DNA of 52,291 nucleotides, counting the filler, from Jimgerdemannia flammicorona (lineage: Eukaryota): NCBI GenBank assembly GCA_003990765.1. It is 2 parts of 2 records of this genome, joined end to end, with 100 filler letters (N's around TTAATTAATTAA, not from the genome) between each part and the next. Parts side by side here need not be neighbours in the genome. Positions count along the whole stretch, not along the records: positions 1 to 26,099 come from RBNJ01000762.1; 1 more part is not named here. One strand, 5' to 3'. Numbering within the stretch: position 1 is the stretch's first letter; each line of letters starts with the position of its first letter. The notes under the pieces are model-generated. The model was not told the origin of the DNA. It saw only the letters and a program-made list of their open reading frames with translations, and made no database searches. Positions 1-12,669 of the stretch are shown piece by piece. The translations under genes were made by a program, and so were the position numbers.

Positions 1-33
<33 letters not shown>
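1..33 (+). repeat. poly(A) run, probably the tail of a retroelement lying upstream of the window
   Basis: 33 consecutive A directly abutting internal LINE ORF2 sequence. Confidence 0.6.
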
Positions 34-38
<5 letters not shown>

Positions 39-2703
39 AGGAGAGCAGTCCTCATAGTTCTCACAAGAGCCCTTCAGGCAAGAAGGGTACAATAAAGGTG
101 AGAGGAGGTGCTTAATGCTGATGGTATATTGGTGCATGGTGTACAAGACATTCTTGGATCATTAAAGGAGTATTGGAGTGGATTGTGGAGTGAGGAGGAG
201 GGTGGGGCAGATACTGAGGCCATTGACTAAGCATTAGAGGATTGGTACCCTACACAAACAGATGGGCTGGGTGACTTAGTACTGCCAGTGCAAGAGGAGG
301 AGATCTGCCAGGTTCTTGCCATGACAACCTTGGGTACAGTGCTGGGGAGGATGGTCTGCTCTGGGACTTCTGGAAAAAGATGGTGGGAGTCCTAGGAGTA
401 CTGGGAGAGATGATAACACTGTGTGATTAGATCCTACAGATGGGGAGATGGGTGGGGGAACAGGATCTGGGGCTGGTGACATTGCTTTATAAGAACAAAG
501 GAAGGCAAGAGGACTGGAAGAACTGGAGGCCGATTATGTTACTGAATATGGACAGAAAGTTGGTTACCAAGGTGGTGGTTGCAAGGTTGCAAAAGGTGGC
601 CCAGCAAGTCTTGGGTGATGAGCAGAGGGGCTTTATAGGAGACTGTCTCATTAGGGATAGTACAGTATGGGTTCATGGAGTTATTAAAGGGGTGTGAGCC
701 AGTGGACTAGATGGGCATCTGGTCTTTCTGGACCAGGAGAAGGCTTATGACCAAGTGTGATGGGTCTGGCTGGTGAAAGTATGGGATAGGATTGGGGTCC
801 TACACCAGTTCAGGTCAGCCATGGTCAGCCTACTGGAAGGAAGTAGGGCTGCACTCATGTATAATAGATACAGAGGGGTAGCATTTCCCCTAGGTAGGGG
901 GGTGCTCCAGGGGGACCCACTGTCCCCCATTTTGTATGCTCTTTCTCTGGAGTCCTTCATGGACAGAATTAGGCAGAAGATAGTGGGGCTCTCTATCTTT
1001 GGTATTGGATGGAAAGTAGGGGCATTTGCAGATGACATAGTGGTTGGCCTGGGATCAATTGCAGATGTTGAGAAGCTCAAGAAAACAGTGGAGTGGTATG
1101 AGGCGAACTCCGGGGCTAGGCTTAATTGGCATAAGTGTGAAACAATAGTGTTAGGCAATGGTCTGATGGGAGGGGAGATTATTGGTACCATTGTCCCTGC
1201 TGGTGAGGCAGTATAGTACTTGGGTATTTATCTGTTAGTATATGGGTCAGTTTTGCCCAGACTTTGGTGGGAGCAGTGGGTTGGCATCTGAGAGGAGGCC
1301 CTGTAGAGTTGGGGGGGCCACTAATTGTCTCTGGCAGGACATGTTTTGATTCTGAACATCTATTGGCTGTTGAAGTTGTGGTATCTGGCTTATCATCTGG
1401 ATTTCCCAGCTTGGGTGGTGAAGTGATTGATGAAGCTGGCCAAGGGGTGGATCTGGGCTGAAAGGTGGAGTCAGATCAGCTGGGAGGTCTTGTCCTTACC
1501 AGTGACAAGTGGGGGACTTGGGCTGGTTGACTTTCCTAAGAGGCTGTACTGCTTGAGAGCATGGTGGCTAAAGAGAGCAGTGGATTTGAGAGGGGGTAGT
1601 TGGGTCCCCCTATTGTAGAAAGTCTGGGAGATGAGGTCCTCTCTGAGGGGTTCAACTGGTGATCTCCTAGCACTTGTTGGCCTTCAGAACACTGAACAAT
1701 TGTGATACAAAGGTTTCTGGTAGGGAGTAGTAGAGGGGGTGTACCACATTGGAATTAGGTAGTAGGGAAATGAAGGAGAGACAGCTTGGGACCCAGTGAT
1801 ATAGAGATGGGACTGAGTGTTACTGGGTGGCATTCTCTTAATTGAGTTTGATATTGGTGATGGGATTGAATGCCAATAGAGACCAGGCCAGGACCTGTGG
1901 CCTAGCAGTTAGTAAGGAGTAGGAATCAGCAAGGAGTGGAACTGGCATAGCATTTGGGCCTGGAGTGCTGAGGTGAGGAGGTGGCTACTGCCAAAGTACT
2001 AGGTGGTCTGGTGGTGTATGCTGAGGTGAGGAGGTGGCTGCCACCGAAGTACTGGGTGGTCTGGTGGTGTATGCTGAGGTGGAATATTATGCTCAACTTC
2101 TGCTCAGGTCACCTTATTGAGGGAGGTTGCTTCAACTGTGAAGAGTGTTATAATGTAGAGCAGGAAGGGGGATATATGCAGACACCTGAACATTGGCTAG
2201 GAGAGTGTGAGGTACTTAGTACCTTTTAGTAGACTATTAGAGATTATTTGGGGGTAGTGTGTAGGGGAGCTGGCATGTGGGGGTGATGGGAGGATTTAAG
2301 GGATAGATTGGAGAGGGGGGTGGGGAAGAAATGGCTTACATTAGGCTGGGCTTTGGCCATTTGAGTGGGGCTGGCCAGTCACTGGTTATTTGTTTTTGAG
2401 AATGGGAGGAGACTTGGCTCAGAGGTCAGGCTGCTGAGGTGGCGTAGCCTTATAGAAGACACCTTGACAGACTGGTGGCTTGGTTGGGGGGTTGCAGGGG
2501 GGTCGAAGGCATCATTTGGTGGAGAAAATCTGTAGGCAGAGTGGGGGGAGGTTTGGAGTTGTGGGTGAGAAAGTGGTCTTTATTCATATAAGTGGAGGGA
2601 GTGGCACCCCTATGGGGATCAGGTAGTGGGAGGGTATACTGTAAACTTATTAATAGATGGGTAATAAATGACAGAGTCCAAGTGACTATAAAAAAAAAAA
2701 AAA
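34..2703 (+). mobile_element. L1/Tx1-type non-LTR retrotransposon (LINE-A), 3' part of ORF2 (RT plus C-terminal region), degenerate
   Basis: Fragments KNWRPIMLLNMDRKLVTK, GVLQGDPLSPILY, GAFADDIVV, SGARLNWHKCE, LPVTSGGLGLVDF and C-terminal CEEC..TPEHWLGEC; many stops; ends AATAAA..AGTCCAAGTGACTAT + poly(A) 2690-2703. Confidence 0.93.
1967..2072 (+). repeat. 53-bp tandem duplication inside LINE-A
   Basis: gctgaggtgaggaggtggct...tggtggtgtat present at 1967-2019 and 2020-2072; copies differ only by transitions. Confidence 0.9.
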
Positions 2704-3112
2704 TAGAGTTATCTGACCCTCTACCAGTCCTTGGTCTAGCTCTATACTTATCATACCAAAGAAAAGAGAATGGAGACTCTTCATAGACTACAGGAAACTC
2801 AATTCAGTCACTGAAAAAGATACTTATCCTTTATTCAGAATTGATGATCTCTTGGACTAGTTATAAGATATCAAATACTTCAGCAGTATAGACCTTTTTG
2901 TAGAATTCCATAAGATCTCCATGAATCTCAAAGACATTCAGAAAACAGCCTTTCTTACTTTAGAAAAACTATTTGAATACCTCCAAATATCTTTTGGACT
3001 TTGTAATATATATATCTCCTACCTTCCAAAGAATGATGAACTCAGTTTATGGTCTATTAATCCACTACTGTCTGATTTTATATATGAATGACTCTAATAT
3101 GTACTTTCTATT
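2704..3112 (+). pseudogene. Ty3/Gypsy reverse transcriptase fragment (family distinct from A/B/C)
   Basis: Degenerate frame PSTSPWSS..WRLFIDYRKLNSVTEKDTYPL.RIDDLL..KTAF..FGLCN..PTFQRMMN..LYMND (decayed YxDD). Confidence 0.85.
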
Positions 3113-4481
3113 CATAGTATCCAAGTCTATTAGTGCTGGACCAACTGTCTTTGGTTGGTTTCTATAGCAGTTCTTGAAGTGGTTCTTCTTGCAGTATTCT
3201 GGTTTGAAGCAGTTGCCAAAGTTGATAACATCAAACCTATCAGCAATCCTCATAGCTTCATCATGGCTTTGTGGCTCTTCTAGCTTGACCTTGACTTGTG
3301 TGTTTCCCTTCAGACCTTGAACATAGTGGTCTATCTTTTCATCCTCAGCTATCACTGGTAGTTTGAGTAGAATTAATGGGAATTATACATTGTAGCTTTG
3401 CACAGACTTAAGTTACTTGATATTTGCTAGCTTGTCTCTGGCTAGCTTAGTAGTATTAGCAGACTTGAACTGCCTATAAAGGACTCTCTTGAAAGCTTCC
3501 CAATCTTTAATTCATACATATGAGTGTATAGATATAGTTATAATATAGTTACATTACCAAATGGCTGCATTTTCTCAGAGGAGTATAGTGGCAAATTAGA
3601 CTTGCATGTCTTCTTCCATTCTTGTAAGCTCAAAGTATTTATCCAATTGGAAGGTCCATGCATCTGTAGATAGTTCTCCTCAGTAACTATCAAAGATATC
3701 TAACTTGAGTGACTTGAAACTGACTGGTACTATAGCAGAATGTGATGTACTTACAGTTCTTGTTTTCTGCTATTCTAGTTGTACTTGAAGTACTTGAATT
3801 TGGTGGGCTATAGCAGTGATCATATCCTCTACACTGACTTGTAGTTCTCCTACTTCTCCTATAGCAGAGGTCTGGCTGATAGGCTGACTCTTCACAGCTC
3901 ATTTTGGGTTCATGTAACTAGTTGTGACTGGTTTTCAAATTTTTATAAGATTTCTTAATAAGGCAAGATGTAACAATACTGCTGCTACCAAGTATAGTAG
4001 TTCTAGTTTCTTTATGAGGAAGTGGCTAAGTCTGGAAGTTCTAGTTGGCCTAAAGTAACTCAAAGAGATACTTAAAGATTCAAGTATTCTTAAAGGATTT
4101 CTGGGGAAAAATATTCTGAGCTTTATTCAGACAGAGAATAAGGATATTTATACATAATCTGAAAGAAAGATTCAGAAGAATCTTGGAAAGAAATAGAAAT
4201 GCCAAGAAATAGGTTCTTGGTAAAGCTAACTAATACTGTTCTACAATATTCTGAAAGATTCTATGACTAGCTAAGACAAGATACTTGGTATCAAGAAAAG
4301 ACAAGATACTTGATACTAAGGAAAGACAAGAATGTTCTAGTAGTGTCTGGGTACCAAGAGAAGGTTTCTAAGAAAGTAGAATGTGGTAGAACATAGTAGA
4401 ATATTCAAGAAATAACAAGAAAAGACTAACTAAAAGATTTAAAAATGTACTAAGACTAAATATGACTGTGAAATTATTATA
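3113..4481 (-). mobile_element. 5' part of a minus-strand Ty3/Gypsy element: LTR (~3993-4481), PBS (3980-3990), gag remnant; abuts the truncated 5' LTR of Gypsy-A
   Basis: Minus-strand gag-like EKIDHYVQGLKGNTQVKVKLEEPQSHDEAMRIADRFD..GPALIDLD; PBS-like TGGTAGCAGCA resembling an initiator tRNA-Met complement; Gypsy-A LTR sequence begins abruptly at 4482. Confidence 0.75.
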
Positions 4482-5311
4482 CTTAAGGATAATCTAGATC
4501 AATTCCTGCAAGGATTAATCTCAGTATTCCAAGGCCCCAGTATCTAGATCAGACCCCCTCAAGATCTCACCTTTGTTTCCTACTTTGTAGAGAAAAACAT
4601 CATAGATTGGAGAGCCTCTGATCTCTTTCCTACCTTCATTGAACATGATGATGTTATTGGTAATGATATCATCCCACTAATCAATATATATAAAACAAAT
4701 GAAACAGAAACATTCACTGATCTTATTTTCTTTGAAGACATTCTGTTCCCAACCTCTAGCCTTAATAATAGTGATGAAGATAAAGTCCCTAGGATTTTGA
4801 ACATTCTACTCTAATTTGTTTATATAACTATTTATTTGAATACTTGAATATTCTGATACTCTGACTTTGTGCAACTCTCAGAAATTATTCTAGCATTCTG
4901 ATCTTATATAATTAATTGTATAGGTAGTTAAATTGGTACTTATAATCTGAAGTTTTCTGGGTTCAAATATCTTATTTGGTTATTGGATTTTATATTTAGC
5001 TTTATATCTTAGTAACTATTGAATTATATTTTGTATAAATACCCTTCTCATTTTCTTTGAAATAAAGTCAGTATTAAAACACTCAAGCATTCAAGTATCC
5101 AACTACTCAAGAGCACAAAAGTTCTAGTTCTCTACTCAATTTTATACAAGAAAATCCAAGAGATAATAGAATAGTTTAAAGATAAGAAGTTTGAGGACTA
5201 TAAGACCTTGAGAAAGTACTCCAATAGAACTTGTTTATAAGAAACGGTCTAAGAGATATATCTTGAAGAGAATCTGATATACTTAGAGAACTCAGCACCC
5301 ACTATGTAACA
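4482..5311 (+). repeat. Gypsy-A 5' LTR (3' portion only)
   Basis: Matches 18843-19680; followed by acttggtacctattagctgg, the same PBS-position motif as in B and C. Confidence 0.88.
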
Positions 5312-7105
5312 ACTTGGTACCTATTAGCTGGTGATACCATTAGGATCTCTCATTTTCAAGCTAAATAATGAATAACTACCACAATAACTACCCTGACTAT
5401 AAGAGTCACTCTTGCAAGAATTTAAGACAAAATAGAAATATATTACTCACATTCTATAGATTTATTACTGAAGAGTTAATTCTGATCTTTATTGAAGACT
5501 TTGAACAATTTGCCACTATATGAGCTCTTAATATTAAAACACAATTAGCCCTCCTATCTGTCAGCCTCAGAGGACCTACCAGAGACAAGTTCAATATAGC
5601 CACCATTGCCAACAATAGTCCAGCCAAACTCATCAATATGAAGAACTTCTTCAGAACTACATACTATACTGAAGACATCAAGCAAGCTCTTAAAGATCAA
5701 CTCAATACTATCTGCTAAAGACTCAATGAAGATCCCAACTTATTCTATACTCAAATCTACTACCAGATTGTCTTGGCTAGCTATAATGATACTCTCACAA
5801 AACAGATAGCTGATTTAATCTTCTTAAAAGGAGTCTACCATAAAATCACCCTAGCAATCTAGTCTACTCCAGCTGCTCTAACTCTTGACCAGAAAGTGGT
5901 CTTTGCACAGAGATATTGGACAGCCAGATACCTTACTGAATACTCAATTAAAAGAATACCTGGCATCAAAATGGAGCCACCAAAACCAACCAGTATCATA
6001 TATACCATAGCTCTCAACAGATAACTATCCCCACCTATTCCCAAGATGGTCAAAGCTGACCTAGTGGAGGAACTTACTCAGTAGTTTGCTAAGATGACTA
6101 CACATCTTGGTGATGTTATTTAAGTATGAAGTGCTAACAGGAGATCAGTATAGAGGTTTGTAGCTACTATAGAGAAATATACCATCACATGCTTCAAATA
6201 TAGAGAAGAAGACCACTATATAAAGAATTATATGACTAAAACACAGTACAGAGCCCAACTAAGTAATACTATCAGAACATAAGAACAAACCAATACAGTA
6301 GTTATCAAGGAGATTTGTGATACTGATGATGAAGATTACTATGAGGAGTCTGAATTCTACCCTGTTACTGAAGATACCAGAACCCAGTCCAAGCCCTACG
6401 ATAAAAAGGACAATAGCAAGCCAGTTGGAAGACCAAAAAAGACCCCAACTATCACTATTCAAAATAAGACTCAATCTGAGGAGATTGATCAAGATATAGA
6501 ATTAGATGAAGCTGCCAACTAAATTATTAAAGGCACTACTTCAGTCTCAGAAGAAAGTGAAAGCAAGAAAGAACAGAAGCTGTGTAAGACCAAGATCTAT
6601 CAGTATGATGTCTATAAGGATCTTAAGGAATAGAAAATTAATTCTAATTTTGGACAACTAGTAGAAGTCTCTGCCTTTAGACAGTAGTTGAGAGCAAGAC
6701 TTGCAACTACTATCAAGAACCAAGAGTACAAGATCATAGAAGCTCACAATACATAAGAAGACTTAGGTAAAGAATCTGAAGATCAGTATAAGATCTCAGT
6801 CTATATCTAATGTCAGATTAAAGATTGTATCTTTAATACTATCATTGATACCAGTACTAAAGGATATCTTATAAGCAAGAAGACAATTGACTGCTTAGGC
6901 TAGGATATTGAAGAATCTATCAAAATAGTCTATATCACAGCAGATAGTACACAAGCTACCCCCCTAGGCAAGATTCAAGAAGTCCCCATCAAGATCAGAG
7001 AAGCTACTATCTCAGTAGATGTAATCATTACAAGTACCACTAACTATGACATCCTCATTGATAACCAATGGCTTCATAAGGCCAAAGCTGTCATTGACCT
7101 CAATA

Positions 7106-7186
7106 CCCACCAATCATCATCTGATAATACTTCTCGGCATCGCGCACTACCATCGTATTCATTTCCGTGGTGAAGACTTTGTTGGG
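7106..7186. other. 81-bp CpG-rich insertion in the Gypsy-A protease region with short imperfect terminal inverted repeats
   Basis: Absent from B (caatgtccagaag) and C (cagtgtccagaag); ends CCCACCAA..TTGTTGGG (7/8 inverted match); 5 CpG in 81 bp. Confidence 0.75.
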
Positions 7187-10100
7187 CTCAGAAGATACAG
7201 ATCAACTATAGAGGAAGAAAGATACAAGTTTCTATTAATGTCTACAAAGAAGTACTATCAGACACAGAGGAAGGAGATAAATAGAACACAGAAGTCTTTA
7301 TGTACTTAGTATACAAGAATAAAGCAAGACAACTAAGCTCACAAATGAGCAGTAGTAGAGTAAGATCATCAATGGCTATGCCCCTTAAGGAAGATGCCCC
7401 TATGATTCTAGGATGTACTGCTCTGAATACCTAAATAACTGCTGGTCCTATATCAGTAAAGTTAGAAAAATCTATCAACAAAAGTACAAACAAGAAGCTA
7501 CAGAAGCAAAAAAGAAAGCTGAAGAAGATGACCAGCCCCCAGAGCTTCAAGCTGATAGTGATGATGAGGAGGAATAAGAACCAGACATCACTCTTAAGGT
7601 CAAGAAGTTTTATCTCAAAGCCAAGATCTCAGAATATAAGACTAAAGAAACTATAGAAATGAACCTTATCAGTATTCAAGATACTATCCTTAAACCACAG
7701 ACCACTACTCTACTTGACACTAGAATTGGAGTCAAGCTATCAGAGAACTATATCAGAATTATCAAGACCAGGAGTAGTCTGGCTAAGAGTAAAATCTCAG
7801 TTGAAGGAAGAGTTGTTGACTCTGATTATACTGGTGAGATCTTTCTTATAGTCAGGAATCACAACTCTACCACTCTATTTAAAGTCAAGAAGTATGACAG
7901 AATTGGCCAGATGCTGATCCATGAAGTTAAGAAGTCTAAGATCACTGAAGCCATTGAACTCATCAAGACTAAGAGATAAGAATAAGGCTTGGGATCTACT
8001 GGAAGAGGAGCCTATGCTGTCACTACGATTATCAAACTCTAGCACAAGAAAGAGAAGGACCAGAACAAGCACACATATATCATTGGAGAAAACATTTCTC
8101 TAGAAGAACAACTTCTCAAGATTCTGCACCAGAATGGAGAAGTACTTGCTACAGACTTTAGGGATATCCACAACCAAGAATTCAAGTACTACTATAAAGT
8201 TAACACTAGTGATACTAAGCCTATATACCATATAGTCTGACCTATACCATCTGTCTACAGAGAATGACTGTGAGCAGAACTCAAAGAAATGGAAGAAGCT
8301 AGTATTATTAAGCAAGCTATCAGTTCCTGGACTTTACTTATTGTCCTTGCTTCAAAGAAAAGAAACAAGTCTGGAGAGTTTTCCCCAAGACTCTGTATTA
8401 ATTATAGGAAGCTCAATGCAATTATCAAGAAGGATAGATAGCTCTTGCCAAATATTTAAGAAATCCTTACCACTCTTGGAAGTGAAGCCAAATACTATAC
8501 TACCTTAGATCTGTTCTCAGGCTTCTATCAGATTGGTCTCACTCAAGATACTAGTAATCAATAAGCCTTTATTATACCTGATACCACTTATGTCTATCTA
8601 TAAATACTATTTAGAATGTGTAATTCTCTAGCAAATTTTCAACAAATGATAAATAGAGTCTTTGATAATAAAATTAGAAAATAGCTCTTTGTCTATATTG
8701 ATAATGTGATCATCTTCAGTAATACTGTAAGGGAATATATCAACCATATATAGCTAGCTCTCAAGAAGCTCAAGGAGCATGCCCTCTATATCAAGCCCAA
8801 GAAGTATAAGTTTGAAGCTCAAGAAATCACCTACCTAGAACATATCATCAATCAGACTAGAATTCATATGAACTCCATGAAGATTGAGGCTGTCACAGCC
8901 TACCCAAGACTAAGAAAAACTATAGAAGTCTATGTCTTTCTTGGACTGGCCTCCTACTACAGAAGATTTATCAAAGGATACTCTAACATTGCAATATCTA
9001 TCTATGAGCTATGGAAGAAGGAGATCAAGTTTGAATAGACTAAGAAATATCAAGAAACCTTCAATAAACTCAAGACTAAATTGACCCAAGCACCCATTCT
9101 TAGAAGACCAGATTGGAACCTAGAGTTCATCCTGCAGATAGATATAAGTACTATAGAACTTAGAGCAGTGCTAGCTCAGAAGAAAGATAGACATAAATAT
9201 ATCATCTCTTATATAAGCCAAGATACCCATAAAGCAGAACAGAACTATGAGTTATGTAAGCTTGAATACTTAGCAGTAGTCTAGACAGTAGACAAGTTCC
9301 ACTACTATCTAGCTGAGAAATACTTCTCTATTCAAACAGACCATTCTGCTCTTGCCTGACTATTCCACACTCTAAACTCCAAAGAAGTATATGCTAGATA
9401 GATCTACAGATTGTAAGAGTATAACTATACTATAAAATACTACTTAGGAAGAACCAATGCCAATGCTGATACACTTTTAAGAATACTCTGAAATATCCCT
9501 ATCAAGACTATTCAATATAAATAAGAAGCTATACTATGGATTAATTAGCTATCTTGGGTAGTAGAAGATATTCAATCACCTTGAACCCTGAACTATTACT
9601 ATCAAACCAGACTTGGAAACAATTTGAACTAGATAACACTATACTTAAAAAAGGAGAAAAACTTATCATACCCAAATACAAGAAGTATCAAATAATGAAG
9701 AAAGTACATGAATAAGGATACTTAGGAGGAACCAATATATACAATAAGGCAAGAAGAACTATGTAGTGGTCTAAGATGGAAGAAGACTTGTGCTAATTTG
9801 TCAAAGAGTATAATAAGTACCAAAAACAAAAATAAGATCAGTAAGACCAAGCACTTAGATTATCAAGAATCAAATCTATCCTCTTCTATTATATCACAAT
9901 AGATATCATTGAACCACTATCAGTAACTATACTATATTTTAGTTATTGTAAATCTCTTTATTAAATAGATAGAAGCAAGAGTATTACAAAAAGCCAATAC
10001 TCTCTCTATTGCTGACTTTCTGTACTAAGAAATCATCTGCTACTATAAGATATGTACTAAGACAAATTACTACAGACTGTGATAGAGAATTTTTCAACAG

Positions 10101-10707
10101 ATTCCATGAGATAATGTATCAGAAATGAAATATAAGATTCAGTATATCAAAACTACTATATATCACCCTTAAGAAAATAGACAGACAAAAAGAACAAATA
10201 AGACCCTTAAGAATATTTTGGTCAAAATCTCAGTAATATATGAGAATTGAGATAACTACCTCCCAACTGCTCTCTCTATCCTATAAGATATATAGTTACA
10301 GAGTATATACTTTACTCCAAGAGAACTGCTCTTTAGAGAAGAAGATTCTGATAGAACCTCAGCTACAAATCTAGATCTAACTTGGTGATAGATTGACTCA
10401 GAAATCCAGAGACTATACCAAATCAGGAAGAAGGCAGAAGATTACATCATCAAGTCACAAGTACTAATAAAGAAGAATACAGAAAAGAATTGCAAGACCC
10501 TAGAATCCATTCAAATTAGAGAAAAGGTCCTACTGTATCAAAATATGATAGAAGTCTCATAGTTACAAAACCTAGAGCTCAAATAGAAAGGACCCTTCTA
10601 TATATAAGATATTAAGAGAACTACCTTCTGGTAGGCACACCTTTCACCAGTAACATTCAGGTGATACAAGACTCAGATAACACTTTTTACAATGTTTTTG
10701 GTGATAG

Positions 10708-12669
10708 ATGACTATCGATATAGATGGCAATGATCGCACTGGTGAGCATGCTGGCCAGGGGGGTGGTGGTGCCTTTGGCTGGCAACAAGTGGGGAGGTGG
10801 AGAGATGGTTTGGGGATGCCAGGGGCTGCAATGGCTGGTTGAGGTACTGGGGGTGGAGGGAGGGGAGGCCTGAGGCAATATAGAGGGGAGAGGTTGACAT
10901 TTGCTGACAAGGTCAAGATGGGGAGAATGGCTGCTAGTCTGGATAGTTGGCTGGGCCTGGGGAAGGCATTATTGGCTACTGCTGGGGGACAGGAAGTAGT
11001 GCCCAGAGGAGTGTCTGGTGGTAGGGGAGGGGGGGGAGTAGGGGCTAGAGATGTGACTGTTGATGGGGCTGTGACTGAAGATCTGGAAAAAAATCCAGAT
11101 ATGATGGCAGTTGATGGTTCAGGACAAGGGGTGGGCATGAGGCCTGGGGACCTGGCAGATGGGGTGATGGGCATGGTGTTGGTACCATTACTCAAGAAAT
11201 TGAGGTCGGAATTTGCTGTCACATTATGTTTCAGGAGCTTGGTAGTGACTGCAAGGATGATCTTGGGGCTGGTGGTGCAGGAGGTGAAAGGGGCAGCATC
11301 AGGGAAGTTTTTGAAGGGGAAGGAAGGGGTTGAGGTGGGGTTTGAGAAGGAGGAGGCATTGCTGGCTGCTATGGAGAAGGGGGTAACAGTGAGTGAGGTT
11401 GTGGTCTCTATGGCCAGGTGTATGTACTGGGACCCCTGTGTGGTACAGTTGATAGTGTTGGATCTTCCTACAGTATTGAGGGAGAGGGCCAGGGAGTTGA
11501 TTGTGGGAGCAGTCAAGGAGTATGGAGAGATTGTGGACATTGGGTTCAAGGTCTGAGAGGGTATGGAGCTATGGACTGGTGATATTGATGTCTGGGTGAG
11601 GCTGGCTAGAAAGGAGAACATGGGAAAGATGAGGGATTGGCTGGCAACTCTGAAGTGGGGACAGGTGGAGTACAAGGTCATGAGGGTGAAGGAGACTCAG
11701 AAAGAGAAAGAAGATTAGCTTGAGGCTCTAGAGGATCTGGCTGGTGTGGTTGAGAGGAGGAGATTGGCTTGGAAGAAGTATGAAGCCAGGACAGTTGTGG
11801 AAGTTGTCAATGGGAAGAGGATCAGGATGAATCAGATGACCTGGGAGAAGATACAGGAGAGGAGAATTCAGAAGGAACTGCTGGCGAAGTTGGGTAATAG
11901 TGGGGCTGGCAGTAGAGCTGAGGATGGGGGAGTGGGATTGTGTGAGAGTGTCTGGGCTGGGGAACAAGAGATGGTCCAAGGTGGGGCCCAGAATGGACCA
12001 AGGGAGGAGAGGGAGGGTGGTGTAGAGGTGGATGCAGAAATGAGTAAAGGAGTTCACCCTCAGTATAGTGTCCTGGGTGGGGCAGGGGGTGAGGAGGAGT
12101 TACTGGATATCCTAGATGAGGAGTGGGATGAGTCAGTGAGGAGGAGTGCCTTGATGGACCCAGGGGTGGGGGGTGATCAGGTTGCCCAGAGTATGGCAGG
12201 GGTGGTGGATGAGGAGAAGTGGCTGTGGAAGACTCTGGAAGGGGTAGCAGTGGAAGAGTTGGGGGGTGAGGACTTCTGGATTATGGAGGAGAGGTATTTA
12301 GAGGAAATCCTTTATAGTGAGGAGGTACTAAGAAAGGTGTAAAATGAGATCCTGGCAGTCCTCTTAGAATCAGTAGAATACCAGGTCGATGATCAGCAAG
12401 AGGAGAAATTTAGGGAGATTGCAAGTAACTGGGCAGCTTACTTGTGGGGCTCAAGGAAGGGATTGGAGAAGTGGAGAGTGGTCTGCACAGACTATCAGTC
12501 AGAGATAGAGGTGGTGGATGGGGTGAAATATCAAGAAATCTTGGAAGCATTGGATACTCAGACTGTCACAGAGGGTGACTTGGAAAGAGCAGTGCTTGGA
12601 TCTGACTGGGGATGAGATGAGCATGGAATACTAGGTGGGGGTTGCAAATCTAAACATTATTCAATATGA
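10708..12669 (+). pseudogene. LINE-B ORF1 (gag-like), interrupted by point stops
   Basis: ORFs 10894-11556 and 11746-12342 are in the same frame as ATG 10708; internal stops are TGA/TAA explainable by C->T; last in-frame TGA overlaps the ORF2 ATG. Confidence 0.8.

Noticed and set aside
10644..11681. 345-aa minus-strand ORF
   Set aside because: Antisense shadow of G-rich LINE-B ORF1; Pro/Ser/Thr-rich with no recognisable domain
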